Source of the DNA: Trichoplax adhaerens
Lineage: Eukaryota; Animalia; Placozoa
Assembly: GCF_000150275.1 (NCBI RefSeq)
Contig: NW_002060948.1
Span: forward strand, 5,768,411 to 5,832,410
DNA: 64,000 nucleotides
Direction: 5' to 3'
Part shown: piece after piece, positions 1 to 13,778 of the stretch
Position numbering within the stretch: the stretch's first letter is position 1
How the letters are laid out: every line of letters begins with the position of its first letter
Position numbers and translations under genes: made by a program
Notes under the pieces: generated by a model
Databases searched by the model: none
What the model saw: only the letters and a program-made list of their open reading frames with translations
What the model was told of the DNA's origin: nothing

Positions 1-288
1 CATTACTTTAAAACTTTGTTCATGATACGTTTCTTTGTTTATTTCAATATTAATGCGGGATCATAGTTNCGTAGTAAAGTTTAAATAACTTATTATTTGA
101 TTATTTCCATTACTTAACAAGAGGTACTTCTAATCACTAGTAAACGCGGATCGTTCATTTTTCCTGACTTACAAACATTGCAAATATCCTAATAGTAACT
201 GTGAGCACAATTCTACCATGTCTTGCAAAATCGGAACACAGTTTCCCATAATACCATATTCAGTATAATGCCTTCAATTTAGATCTTA

Positions 289-359
289 CTAGTGCAAACT
301 CCCGTCGCTTTGCTGACGATTTACGATAATGTGCTCATTTAACAGATAGTACTACCATT
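289..359 (-). mobile_element. Helitron 3'-end fragment of the same family
   Basis: CTAGTGCAAACTCCCGTCGCTTTGCTGACGATTTACGATAATGTG...TTAACAGATAGTACTACCATT matches 15163-15243 and the reverse complement of 18028-18076. Confidence 0.7.
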
Positions 360-839
360 TGTCGTAGACCTGTAACAAGGATCAAATCGTGCAAATTAAC
401 CTTCGCCAATTTAAAGAATAAAATAAGTATCGTCGGATAGCAATATTGACCACATAATTGACTCTGAAACGCCAATAAAATCTGTAATAATTAATTGATT
501 AAGCTGATCAAGGATGAGTAATCTTATACTAATAATCCTATTATAAAAAGGATCTAATTGAGTAAATTAAAATTTGTCAATTTAGTAAATGAAAAATATC
601 TATGCCAAACATCATCAGATAGCAATGTTGACCATATCAAGGATTGTGAAACGCCTATAAAATATCTTATGATTAATTTATTGATGAAACTGATACTCGA
701 TGTGTTTGCTTTCAAAATAATTCAATGACCGATGATGATGTACTTGTTCATTAATAGCTTATTTCTCGATTTTTATCATTTATTAAACGCCTATGGCCAA
801 AGTCAAGGATGATCAGTCATCTGAATTCGGCGGAAAGGC

Positions 840-2558
840 ATGGATGGAACCTTACTAGGAAAAGATCTAAGATCTAGCTGCTGTCTTCTGGCTACTACTG
901 CTGTAAGTCAAATTATCACTGCTATAGTAGCCTATGCTCTGCCATGCCAAATTGGTTTATATGCTCCGTGTTTGACAGCGCAATGGAATACTTTCTGGGT
1001 TGCGGGACCCCTAAGTCTAGTATAAATAATCGATCAGGTCTCTAATATTTTTATTATTCATAAGCTAAAATTATTAGTGGCTTGAGGATCTCTTCGAAGT
1101 TATCCTATCGCCTATTCTGATTTGATGCTAATCAGGGAAATGCTGATGATTGCATCAAATCTACTATTTAATATTGTGTTCACACAAAATTTAGTTTTAC
1201 ACTTGAAATAGCTATTAAAATGAATCTTAACTTCAAAATTGATGAATTGAAGTGCATTGTTTCTCTTGTAATAACCATAGGTAATGCTATTTGATCTATT
1301 TGGCTTTATAATAAACAAAAACAATAATCCAAGCATAGGCAATGTAAGAGCGGAATAATTCCATCATTATATAGAGTGAATATTAAATTTTACTGGCGGA
1401 TGACTTAGTATATTATATTGCTAAATTTTACATATTTATGAGTCCTTTAATGCAACTGCAGTGCTAGTAGATACCGCTACATAAAGTCTAAATTTGGCCA
1501 ATTCTTCAAGTTGTTTTACTAACCGCGTAAATTTATAAATATAGTTTTAAATGAAATTGAATAATTTCAATCTCATATTTACGATTACGCTGATGTAAGG
1601 AGATTATTCCAGTCTTCTTTATCAATATATATATAATATATATCAGTTTTTATTACAGTAAATTTAACGAAATTAAGTTAAGTTTAAGCCATTTCAAAGA
1701 ATTGGAATAATGTCATAGGAGCATTTCAGTCTTGCTACGGACATGTCAGAATTTGCCACAGAACATGAACTTGTATACAAAAATAAAGCTATATATAGTT
1801 TCAAGGAAATAACTAAAAAGAGAATTTTATAGCAACATTGCCCATGTAAAGGCATTTAAGATATTATGACCTATACTGTACTATAATTAGCATAATCTGT
1901 TTACAAACATTTCGTATTCGGATGTGGAAATTGCTAGAATATGTACTAATATGATCGGCTACATATGTTAAAGTTAGCCTTCTCAATACTAATTCCCACT
2001 TACAGCATCCTAGCTATACTCGGTTATCTTTATTTTTTTCACACCACAAATTAAATGATTTAATTCTATTTTACTACCATTGCAGGTTACATGGCACAAG
2101 ATTATAGGTACCTTCTGTATATTTACTGAAATTGGGGGATTGACCGTAACTAGATTTACTATGTATTACATTATCGGAATAGCTAGTTCCCAAGATAATT
2201 TTAATTGTCCTGATAATATTAATTTGAAAAGTGTTCGAACCTCAGCTATTTTGATCACTAATGCACAATTTATCATCTATCTATATTACATCATCGTTTT
2301 AATATGGGTTATGAAAATTTATAATTTGGGTCCAAGTTCTTCAATTAGAGAGACTGGAAGCGATGGCATCATCAGGGTAAGAGTATGCATCTCTAGTAGG
2401 TATATAAATTAGTGATATACTCTCGTTCTATAGTAAATTATTTTGGTTAAATGATTTTTCAAAACATATTAACTAATATTCTCGCAATACAACAAAATTT
2501 CATTTTACAGCCGCATCGTTTACGTGAGAAAGATTTGCAAGCCAATAATGATAATTAG
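840..2558 (+). pseudogene. MS4A/CD20-like four-TM gene, paralog A; probable pseudogene (exon1 840-1010, exon3 2086-2376, exon4 2511-2558; no intact exon 2 found)
   Basis: Exon 1 ends LPCQIGLY...NTFWVAGP like the paralogs, but the donor reads CCC|CTAAGT (1011) instead of CCG|GTAAG. Only a decayed exon-2-like stretch follows the AG at 2004-2005. Exon 3 (VTWHKIIG...AQFIIYLYY) and exon 4 (PHRLREKD...) have normal splice sites. Confidence 0.7.
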
Positions 2559-3535
2559 GAGAGAATAATATTAAGCGATGTCGAAAGAATTGTTATCACA
2601 ACTCAGACCTTATAACTGGAGCTACGTGAATATAGCGTTTTATGTGTGTTATAAGTTAAGATTAAAATGATAAATGAATAAATTGTATCAAATGCTAGCA
2701 TAAATGCGCAAGTCATGACTGCGATAGAAATAATTCAAACAACGAGTTGCAAGCAGTGGGAAACTAACATTTTATACCGTATAGTTTAGAGATATTTTAA
2801 AAAGTGAATCAGCATTATAAATAGCTATGATAACAAAGACTGAGAGATATATTAGGCTATGATGCTTATTCCTAACCGAGTTACACCATAGAAGCAGATA
2901 AATATCAATAAAGAAATGATCAGACTCTGCCATGATACAATACATAAAAGCAAATTTCACGAAGACGGCAATGAATATCAATACTAGTAGTAAAGCTGAT
3001 AAAAGTACAAAATTTTAAAGTACTGCTAATAAAGCATGCAGGTGTCCGCTAATTCTGGCTAAAGTTGTAAGTCTAAATAATTACTTTCTACTCAATTCAT
3101 TCTTTCATAGTAAAATGAGAAATGAGTTAAAGTTTTATTTGTAATACGTTGAATATGATCGGCAAAGTTCATGACCGAATTTTAAAAAAATTTACGGTGA
3201 ATAGTTGCATGTCTTATTTTAATATTAATGTAAATAGTATTATTGTTGTGGTAAAAGTAGATGAGACGAAACGCTACCTCAAATATCGCTATGAAGCAGA
3301 AATTTTTTGTCAACCATGAATTAAATATAGCAAGATAAAGCAAATTACCCAAATATGGTATAAAAAAAGTTGATATAAGATTTATTTCATGTCTATCATA
3401 AGGAACAGTTAAGGTTCTCAAGTTAATAGCGATTTTTTCTCGCTGGTTATATAGGCTGAATTCTACTAAGCCGAGAAATATTTTCTGATTCGCTTGCTAA
3501 CTCAAATGAGTTTGTCGATAGCGTAATTTTTTACT

Positions 3536-4575
3536 ATGTCTGGTAGCATTTATCCTGCTACTACCTCCAAAAATACGGCCCACTATTGCAACCATTGTAG
3601 CTATAAAGTACAAGATCATACATTTGCACTTACCACCATAACTACGATCCAAATTACTATCGCTGCCATTGGATTATGGTTGCCATGTCGATTTGGTTTA
3701 TATATATCCAGTCTCAATTTTTATGCCAATACATTTTGGGTTGCTGGGCCGGTAAATGAGTACATAGTTAAAATGCTGCCTATTGATATTATTATTCTAT
3801 GCATAAACAGAAAGTTTTGACGTTGATAATTCAATCATCTATTCTACAGCATTGCCTATGTTCATAACATACGAATAATTATTGTATACGGTACCTTAAA
3901 TCTATACAGTAATATAATATTACACAATCAATTAGCAATAATAACAGGTATAAAATCTAGTTTTATTTAATGCTGCATTTTAATTTGTTCATTAGCCTTG
4001 TAGATAAAAATGCCTATATCATGTAGATCCTATCCGATAATAAATAGTTTCATAATCTCTAAAATCACTAGAATAATATAGCAGATACGATTGAATTTCA
4101 CTTCTTGACTGAATAATTTTGATTACAGACGCTAGCATTTAGCATTATTAGCAGTATCATCAATGCCAATGATAAACCTGACTCAAATTGGGTATGTATT
4201 CCTAAAATATTACCGAATCGAAATACAATTTCTTCCCATTTACTAGCCCTAACCTTAAAATTCTCAGTATGGACTATCGTTAATAATATATTGTAGGCAT
4301 GGTTTCACATCATTACTGGTACCGTGTGCTCATTTTGTACATTTGCAGGATTAATAACATTAGGATTCGCATTTTTCGATATGGTTACATTAATTGGCCC
4401 AAACAGCAATTTGAAGTGCTCTACCAACGTGGGTAGCTCGGGATTAACGCAAGTAACGCTTCCTGCTCTTATGGCAAATGCAGGCCAAATAATAATCTAC
4501 ATTTACTATGCTTTTGCGATTAAAGAAATTATGGCCCCCAATTTTAAGCAGGAGGCTACATCGGTGGATATTTAG
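3536..4575 (+). CDS. MS4A/CD20-like four-TM protein, paralog B (exons 3536-3751, 4129-4191, 4297-4575; about 185 aa; orphaned exon 4 at 4774-4803)
   Basis: GT-AG phase-0 introns join LPCRFGLY...NTFWVAGP | TLAFSIISSIIN... | AWFHIITG...GQIIIYIYY, giving four hydrophobic segments. The stop TAG lies 5 nt before the conserved intron-3 donor at 4581. Confidence 0.75.
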
Positions 4576-6516
4576 AAACGGTAAATAATTTAATGCAATT
4601 ACGTTTTAAAGCCACTTTATCAGGTGAATAAATGATTAATTAAGCGAAATTTTAGTCTTCGTTTTACTGAACTAATCTTGATAATAACGAATGAACATTT
4701 AATTATCTTTAAAATTAAATTTATTTTTGATATAAATTATTAGCAGCATTGGCTTTGTTACTCATTTCATTAGGTGTACGCTAAATTTGAAGAAGACTTT
4801 TAAATATCGTTTACAAGATAAGAAAGAAATGGTTCTGAATTAAATCATAGAAATGATTCAAGGGCAATGTCTTAAGTAACTTGTAATATTCGCTTTCCTA
4901 TTTGCGTGTAGTCGAGATATGATGTCAGAGAATTTGATGCAATGATTGATTTAAGTACAGTAAATAAACGAGGATTAGCAGTCATTTTATTTCGTACTAG
5001 CTTTTAAGATACTTAGGGCAAAAAAAATGTAATCTGGATAGAATAATATGGCATATGTAGTTAAAGTGAAGTAGCCTTCACAAAGATGCTACGGTAATCA
5101 GTCGCATTTTAAAGCAGTATTCTTGCGGAAATAATTTTTCGATAATGGTGAACATGTTCAAGCAAAATTTTTTATAATAGCAATATTCCTCAATTTTTAT
5201 AATTGTGAACTTTCTGAGGCGTGCAATCGCTTTTCTGTAGAAATTTCATACGCGGAAGGCTGTTTTTCAGGACCTTGTACGTACGTGCAAGCAAACTATC
5301 AGTTCGGTTATGTTATCTCCTAGATTGTGTATGCATCTGGACTACAAATTTACCTAGAATTATTAGATCCTACGATCTTCGTTAAATTAAGTTTCGTAAT
5401 TTGTGTTTCCATGGTGCAACGTTTGCATCGTTATCGTAACATAATTTCCATAAGATAACTTATCTAGGAATGTGTTAATTTATTGATGACGTTTTACATA
5501 TATTTTAATAGATAATTGAATAGTTGCATAATATTATCTATAACCTTTTAGTTAATGTTTAATCAGGTTTACTATAAATTGACCGGCTTTTCGATAAAGT
5601 TTAGTTTCAGTTTGTCTAAAGAGAAACTCTATTGGTTACTGTTCCTCCTGACGATAGGAGATCGTCAGTATTTAGAGTCATACTGCCAGTAGATGTCAGA
5701 GAAGAAAAGCCAGGCAATAGACTCGTAGTTTTAGTTTTCTGCAATAGTTTTATTTTTCGTCGCTGCAAATTTAGAATTGTAACGATAATGTAGACAGACG
5801 ATACTAAATAACATGTATAACTTTCTTGCGGTCGTTTTTGAAATTATCTACGTTTCAGGTAAGGATTATTTAATACAGATTATTGAATTATTTAATATAG
5901 AACCGTACTTATACATAAAGAAGCCACGAAAAGTTAATTGCTAATTGGATACTAATCTTTGCCGTTTCTTCTATACATGATATTCTACTACAGAAACTTA
6001 AAAGTTTCAATCAATTTAGAAAAGAATAAGTAGCTCATTGTTTATTCGTTTATATAAGATCTCTTGATCTAAGTGTCAGCTAAATCATTGATCTATGCAT
6101 TGGATTGATTTACGCTAAGCAATCGTCTTTTAAGCCTTAATTTCTTGTCTCATAAATTGACTTGCTAGGAAATGTACATTTATACCAACGCATTTATACT
6201 GAATATCTCTTCTTTTTATCTGTTTATATAAAATCTCTTGATCTAAGTGTGAATTCAATCACTAATCTATATATTCGATTGATTTACGCAACCAATCGTC
6301 TTTTAAGGTTTCATTTCTTTTCTTATATGTCTATCTGCAAGTATAGTGTACATTTATACTACGATGATAACCTCTCTTAATTATTACTTTAACGCTCTTC
6401 TAACTGTTATCAGAATTAATTTGCCCAATAGTTAAAGGATAAAGATGTAGTTATTCAACATGAATCTATGCCTGGATCTAGAATTTAGTCTAACACACAT
6501 TAAGAAATTTCTACAG

Positions 6517-7172
6517 ATGATGTCAATCTATTTATTTTATAAAAGCGATTGATCTAAGCTGATGAGCATATCTTCTAATCTTTCTACCCTAATTTGGCCT
6601 TAATTTAGGCTGGATGTCACCAGAATCTTGCTTGCATTTGCCTCCTCTGCGTCTTTGCAAGTACTGTAATTTTAGTTGTGATTATACATTATAAGAGCAC
6701 TGATTCATTTTCCCAAGACGCTTACAGTCAATAGTCCTAATGGACAATTCACTTAGAAGCAATTACAAGATTCCGCCATTCCGGTTACGATACTACAGTT
6801 TATGATTTATATATATGTTTATACTATATATGGTTTATAGCGTTTGCTATAACTTCTTACAGATCTATGATAAATAGTACCATGACAAGAAACTTACAAC
6901 GAAACATCCAACAATGTAAGTAATATCGAATTTGATTATAAAGTAGGAAAATAAAGCTTTCATTTTAAGTTCATTGTCGGTTATAATTTCAAAAGGCTGC
7001 TATAGCAAGTGCTGTTGCATATTTTAGAATATTAGAGATATTTAATTTTACTAAGTAACTGCATTAATCTAGTTACTCCATTTATTTATAGACGCAGCCC
7101 TTGGCGAAAGAGAATCATGAAAATTTATTGGATAATAATGATACCAAACATATAGCTGTTAACGTATCTTAG
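6517..7172 (+). pseudogene. Decayed MS4A-like paralog (exon-2 remnant about 6517-6561, exon 3 6609-6915 with stops and frameshifts, exon 4 7092-7172)
   Basis: After the AG at 6607-6608 it reads AGCHQNLACICLLCVFASTVILVVII (cf. paralog C ILIQKILSIVCLLCLFGGYVILGI), then in a shifted frame LQDSAIPVTILQFMIYI. Donor GTAAGT at 6916. Exon 4 TQPLAKE...KHIAVNVS* aligns with paralog D VQQLRDE...KNVAIDMDAK*. Not in the ORF track. Confidence 0.75.
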
Positions 7173-10100
7173 ATAAAGGTGAAATCAACATTTTTGTCGG
7201 CTTGATATTATGCAAATACTAGCATTTCCATAAACCTTCGTGATTTTATACTATTTATGATATGCACCTACAGCGATAATTTTAAGTTTCCATGAGTGAA
7301 AAATTGTTTATTGTATAAATGAGTAAGTGCTTTTGGCAAAGACTTCTTATAAATAGGAACTCCTTTAGGAAGATTTTTCTACGATCATTTTCTATGCATA
7401 TTCAATGAATAATTGTATATTGATACGTTAGTAGGTTAAATGATGTAATTGTCTGATTGTTTATCAATTTTATGAGATTTAGTTTAAAATTTAAACATTC
7501 TAACTTGCTAGTTTTCTGCATGTATAATAATGAATGTTTGAGTTACTTTTACGTGTCTGAGAATTTATTTCTGTCACTTTCAATAGTACAAATTTGTGTT
7601 TCTTATCCAGTATAGAATTAATCGCTTAATTGAAGATTGGATTTCTTATGGATTACTAGTTCGTTATCTAGCGACTAAATAACATTAACCTTTAAAGCAT
7701 CATGCATACAACTCTAATAGTTTAATTTAAATTTCCAAGAATGTTGAATGATTTGAGATCCAGTATTAAAATATCGTACAATAATTAATTCATCAAGTAT
7801 GAATTGAAAAAGGTTTCTGTGTCTGAACAGTGATAATCAGCCTTAGAGTAACTTTTAATGTCTACGCCATTTAACCCGCCCATAAGAACCTTAAATACGA
7901 TATTCTAACTACTCTTCCCTTGCCCACTTTCTGTACTGTGTTTGAGCTGATAATACTTATACTAAGAGCAGGACATGATTTGGCCTGCAATTCTCGCTTC
8001 ATTAAAAGGTTGGGGTGATATAAGCGATCGCTAAAATCCAAAATTTGTAGAAAATTGGAACCTTAATAGATCTTATACAAAGATAATATATGCATAGCTC
8101 TACCTTAGCCGAATATAACTACTGAACTTTTCTAGAAAGAACTACTAGAATAATCTAAGTTGATATCTTATTTTCTTTTCGCAGCTACAATCAGTACAGC
8201 AACATTCTAGAGTATTTTACACATATTCAGATTATCATGAGTAACAACATTTTATAGCGGACCTTCATTAATCTAATATAGAAACTACTACAGTATTCAC
8301 ATAGACATTATTTCTACCAGTCAGAGTACGATGAACTAAGTATATCCTAATATCTGATTTATGGTTCTATTTTTATCGTTAACCATAATAGTAACTCAAC
8401 ATTCTACTGTATATAGTCATCTGTACTTCTAGCATAGAATCTTCGACTACAGTTTATAGTCGTAAGCTACTAAATATGTCTAAAGGTAAATATAGAAAAT
8501 CACGCTACTGTATATCATACTAAACATGGCTAATAGTCAACAATCCTAATACTAAGTTACGTTACAGTCGGATTATGTTAGAAGGTCTTGGCCATGGGAG
8601 TAATTTACTAACGTAACATTATTGTTCTGTAAATTGAATGTAGATTAAGGTAAATTATTGATAACTTTTCCCGTATCATACAATTACTGATAAAATAGAA
8701 TATTAAGATAAGTACTTATCCAGATACTTTATTCGCTTATTTATGATTAATTGTTAACATAAGATAGCTCTGGACTACACGAACTGAAATGGATTTGTTT
8801 TAAGTTCTGATCAAGTAATTTGCATAGTTATAGAGAAGTGATATTAAGTCGTATGAACGATAGTACTAAGATTACCAAAGTCTAATAAATTAATAGGCAC
8901 AAGATAATGCGATCAACTAGAGTACCTGCTGCAAACTTAGAACCGTGCTACGTACGACATTAACTTAGGACCTAGAGTAATATTGCAATCTATTACAATA
9001 TTTAGTAGTCGCAATCGGCTCAAGTGAAGCCCGGCAGTTGTGATCCTTCAATTCACTTTACATACTCTAAGTGCTGAATTTTGAAGCTGTTATTTATCGT
9101 TTATAGTAAATACTTAGTAACACTGTTACCAGTAGATAAAATAAGGGCTATTTGCTTGATATTATTTACTTACCGAATATTACTTTAAATAGCAATAGTA
9201 AATATTCGTGTATGGTCACTGCAAGTAGATATCCCTTGTCAATTTTTATCTAATTTTTGTTCTTACGTGTATTTCAATTAAAGTTATTTTTGATGTTATT
9301 TCATTGCTGATCATTTATAGATTGTTATCTACTTTATAGATCATAATTATCAACTATTTCAAAGAGATTTTCACATGAAAGGTTAAAGAAATGATGATTG
9401 CTACGTCAACAACAAGAAAGACTAAATTATAAATTAATTGCAATCGAAAAAATACGGCTAATTATGACTCACGAATGACGCTGCATATAATTATCTTATC
9501 TAAGCCAATCAAAATCGTTATTAGTGATTGATTAAAGAGACAAATTAGATTAGTATTATTGGCAAACTTAAATAGATATAAATTTTTATTAGAATTTTTG
9601 CTGATTTTAGTTGACATTCAACTATCATGATAAATTGGCAATAGCCTATCCTTGAGCTACGGTAATATATTGCAATAGTATGCCTGTATCACGATTTAAC
9701 ATCAGATCAAGTTATAATTGCATTTATTTTTATACGATAGAAGGGTGTTCAGATTACTTGCTAGGCTAGTGCTATTGGTTAACATAAATAGATATCAATC
9801 TTGATTAAAATCATTGTTGATTTTAGTTGGCGCTTAACTTATCATGGTAAAAAGGTAGTAGTTTATCATTGGCCTACCTAAATATATAGTAATAGGATAC
9901 TTATATTACGATTTAATATCGGATCAAGCTGTAATTTCTTTTAATTTTATACGATCGAAAGGTGACTACTATATTACTAATCGATGATTTGCCCGCGACG
10001 TTGCTGCTAAAACACTTTTAGAGGTAAGAAAAATCATTCGATATAGGTAATATGTACAATTTATCACTCAGAGGTTCACCAATTATGTATTATTGCTGCC

Positions 10101-11134
10101 TTAAGTATGAGTATGTTAAACAAGCACCATTTAGTTGAGCTATTAATATTTAAAGAGACAATCATGGACTAGTACTATAACATAGCTTATCCTAACTTAA
10201 GTCTACTTGCAGGCTCCATCTAGACAAATAACATCGAGCATCTTACCCGTAAATTCTAAAACTTTATGTTGCTTAATTAATGTCCAACATCGTATATTTT
10301 GAATACGGTACTATCTTTAATCATGCCTATTTAGAAGTTTATTCTGATTTACCTTGAAATCACATAAATGCCAAAATTTTAGCTTGACTATTAATACATG
10401 TTATCTAGTAGGACAATAGAAAGATATTCTAGGAACTTATCTTATTTCAATAAGCTTATGAGACGATAACAAACTTTTTAAGGATTTTTATTAATTAATT
10501 AAGAGATCTACGCATGTTCTGAGAATAGGTAGCTTAAGAATCCATAGCGTTGTTATTTTAGTAATTGGGTCAGCTATTATCAAAATAATAAGAGCAGCTT
10601 AATTGCTATTAAGAAAGCTGACGACTTTAATCATTAATTTGCCAGGAAAAATCTATGCGCGCTAAGTATTGTCCTAATTGATAATAAGTAATCTAAGTCG
10701 TATTCGCAGTTGACTAAACTAAAATTGTAAACGGTAATCTAAAGTTGTTTGTGAAATGAAAATGCAGACTAATAACTAATATACTGGCATGGAAACTGGT
10801 ATTAAACCAATATTTTTAGTAAACGGTAAGCCACGAAGTAGATATGCTAGATTTACAAAAATTGAGTTAATCGCAATTTACATTACTATCTCATGTACAG
10901 TATAACCTCGTTTACACCAGCTTGGCTGGTACTTGTAACTTAAATTCATTTATTTATTTATTTATTCATTCATTGTATCAGAATCTTCTACACCTATCGA
11001 TTAATGTCCATTTATTAGAGAAAACCCTATTAATACAGGTTAAAAAGGTATTAAAATTTTACTTATCTCTAGTGGCGTTTCTATATTTCAAATTATTATC
11101 CTAAATAAAGTTTTACTATAGTGTGATAGAGTGT

Positions 11135-11625
11135 CTTCTCAAAATTATAACAAGAACTATAGTTTCTTGTAAACTTCACTTTTTTACATAAGAAAAGGGT
11201 TTGTCCCACAACTACCGAGGACTATCTAACTGCAATTAGGCCATCTCTGGACTATCCAAATTATTACAGCAATATTCACGATTTATGTACAATTAATTAC
11301 ACAATAATTTTCCTTCGAATAAATCATATCTTACCAATTAAGTTACAAGATCATATCTAAATTTACTATCGCACTATTAGCTCATAATTCACACTTCTAA
11401 TTAAAGCGTCACAGTGCAAATCTAACAGTACTAACACACTTAACACAATCTATTATTATCTCAGATCTTTATATAAACATCTCAATATAATCGCTAAAAT
11501 ATGTATTATAAACGCCTTCTACAAATAGACACTTAAGATAACCTTACACTTTAACGTACAGTTTAACCTATTCTCGAACTGGGATTGTCACCTAAGCTAT
11601 ATTTGGGGCTGCACTACAAATACCG
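11135..11625 (+). repeat. Diverged duplicated non-coding block; the second copy at about 25017-26030 is interrupted by the Helitron
   Basis: Shared collinear runs such as ACAACTACC.AGGACTATCTAACTGCAAT, TCTCTGGACTATC.AAATTATTACAG, TTAAAGCGTCA, CATCTCAATATAA and TATTTGGGGCT.CACTACA. Confidence 0.8.
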
Positions 11626-12407
11626 CAATCTGTAATCAAATCTAAGTATGTAAGAACTCTAAAGGTTACAATATCGCCTATGTACAATAGATTAGAATAA
11701 GGAAGCAACTTTAATAACCTTAATTTATCCTACTTGCACGATACAGGTTTTGGTTTCTTTAGATAACGAATTGCGAATTATTTATTTTTACTTAATTCTA
11801 TAACTTTTACGATACAAATATTTCATTCCATAATTATAAACTATCTTGGCTTATATTATATGCCATATTAAGATAATATTAGTAATCCGAAAAAAATTAC
11901 AAGTTTACATCGTTACATTCATCTTTACGATTGAAGTCTGTAGCTAAACTTGATTAAGGAATTCTAACCGATTTAATGTCTCTTGTTAATGCGCCTAATG
12001 GTGTTACAGAAAACTATCTATCCATTGATAAATATTTAACTAGTTAATCAAATAAATAAGCTGGATTGTTTCTATTTCTACAATTAACAGTAGATATGAC
12101 TACAGTAACATCTTGAATAACAGCCCTTGTAAGAAACGGAAATATATGATCTTAAGAATTCATTTTACTTCGTCAACTAGCACACGTACAATAATAAACT
12201 AAAGGTTACAGTACATACGAACAATTTCCGTTTAACATACTGTAGTATATACGCATTAACCGTAACAATATGAATTTAATGCTAGTATAACTTGTTCTAG
12301 CCTGAATATCGTTTAAATTTCTCTACTAACTTAGGACCACTAATAATAACTGAATTTTCTTCCTTCAAATCAACTTTATTCTAAACAGTTCACACTGAAA
12401 AATCACT

Positions 12408-13778
12408 ATGTCATCTATAAAGCCTGTCTTAAATGTTCCTGTTAGTAATACAAATGTTATTGTAACTCCTTCATTAATATCATTTCGAAAACTTGGCATA
12501 CAGTGCGACATCACTATTGCTCTGGCATTGATTCAGATCATCGTTGCAATAATCGGATTAAGTGTATACTGCCCATTTGGTATATATATTCTTAGTTTCA
12601 ATCAATACTTCAATACATTTTGGGTAGCAGGACCGGTAAGCAGAATTAATATCGCCAACTACCTTATGATGGCTTTATAGTCAGTTATCATATTAGATTC
12701 AAAGGATAAGTAGGGTATTCAAAACTAAGATTAAAAGCTGATGTTGTATATTTTCAACAGCAAGTTTAAATGAAATAGATTTAGAAATAGAGCAAATTTA
12801 TTTGTAGTCTATGGCTAATTGATGAATTTATCAGTTTATTCTATGATGCCATTAAAATGATCGCCTTTTATGCTTCTAGATGCTCGTACTTGGTGCTGTA
12901 GGCCATTTCATAAATAGAAGAAGCAATCATTCAGAAAGAGATGTAAGAAATAATGCATTAATCTGTCGTAAATTCATCGAACATATCTAATTATGCGAGC
13001 AGAAAAGAAGCAGTAGCTGCATTAGATTAAATTAATTATGAAGGATATTAGACTATACTAATCGGCAAATTATAAATTTGATCATTACGGCTTCTCCATT
13101 GAAATTTCCACTTTCATGCCCTAGTTAATTAAATTACTGTAAAGTTTCGGCTATCTATTTCAAGTAATGTAACAAATCGCTTTATATTTAGGTAATTGAA
13201 GCGATTACTTTATTAATTAGAATTCATGTCTATCATTTTATTTTGTTATCTTCAATTAAAATCTGTTCTTAAATTATTTCGGTTATATACTTTTTTACTA
13301 GATCCTAATTCAAAAAATCCTCTCTATTGTTTGCTTACTATGTTTATTCGGAGGATATGTGATACTGGGAATTACTATGCGTATATTAATCAACGCAGAA
13401 ACATATATTAAAGTTATATGCGAATTCGATCAAGAAATAAAGTCTGAAACACTTCAACCAGTTGCGATGGCGGTTGTGATAGTCCAAATATGCTTGTATC
13501 TCTACTACCTCGTCATCAGCAGTTTAACGAAGAGAGCTTTCACATACCGCTTAAGTGTGCTTATGGCTACAAGTAGCCAAACATTGACCGTAAGGATAGA
13601 CTACCTTTCTTAGTAATATTATAAAATTTTTAGAGAGTGCAATACTATAGGCCAATTATTAACTTTGGTATACGTTGTATAGATCTAACGTTGTTTACTG
13701 ATCTGATAGGTTCCATCATCATCAAATCCTAGACAGTCACGTAGTGAGACTCCTCAAAAAACTCTTCCTGCTCATTAG
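12408..13778 (+). CDS. MS4A/CD20-like four-TM protein, paralog C (exons 12408-12635, 12880-12942, 13302-13589, 13710-13778; about 215 aa)
   Basis: Open frame across three canonical phase-0 introns. Motifs YCPFGIY...NTFWVAGP | MLVLGAVGHFIN | ...VQICLYLYY. Confidence 0.85.

Noticed and set aside
793-858. Upstream ATG as the start of paralog A
   Set aside because: Different frame, ending at TAG after 21 codons. It could reflect another frameshift but cannot be supported.
1112-3421. Minus-strand ORFs 1112-1342, 2772-2981 and 3182-3421
   Set aside because: Composition typical of chance ORFs in AT-rich introns and intergenic DNA; no motifs.
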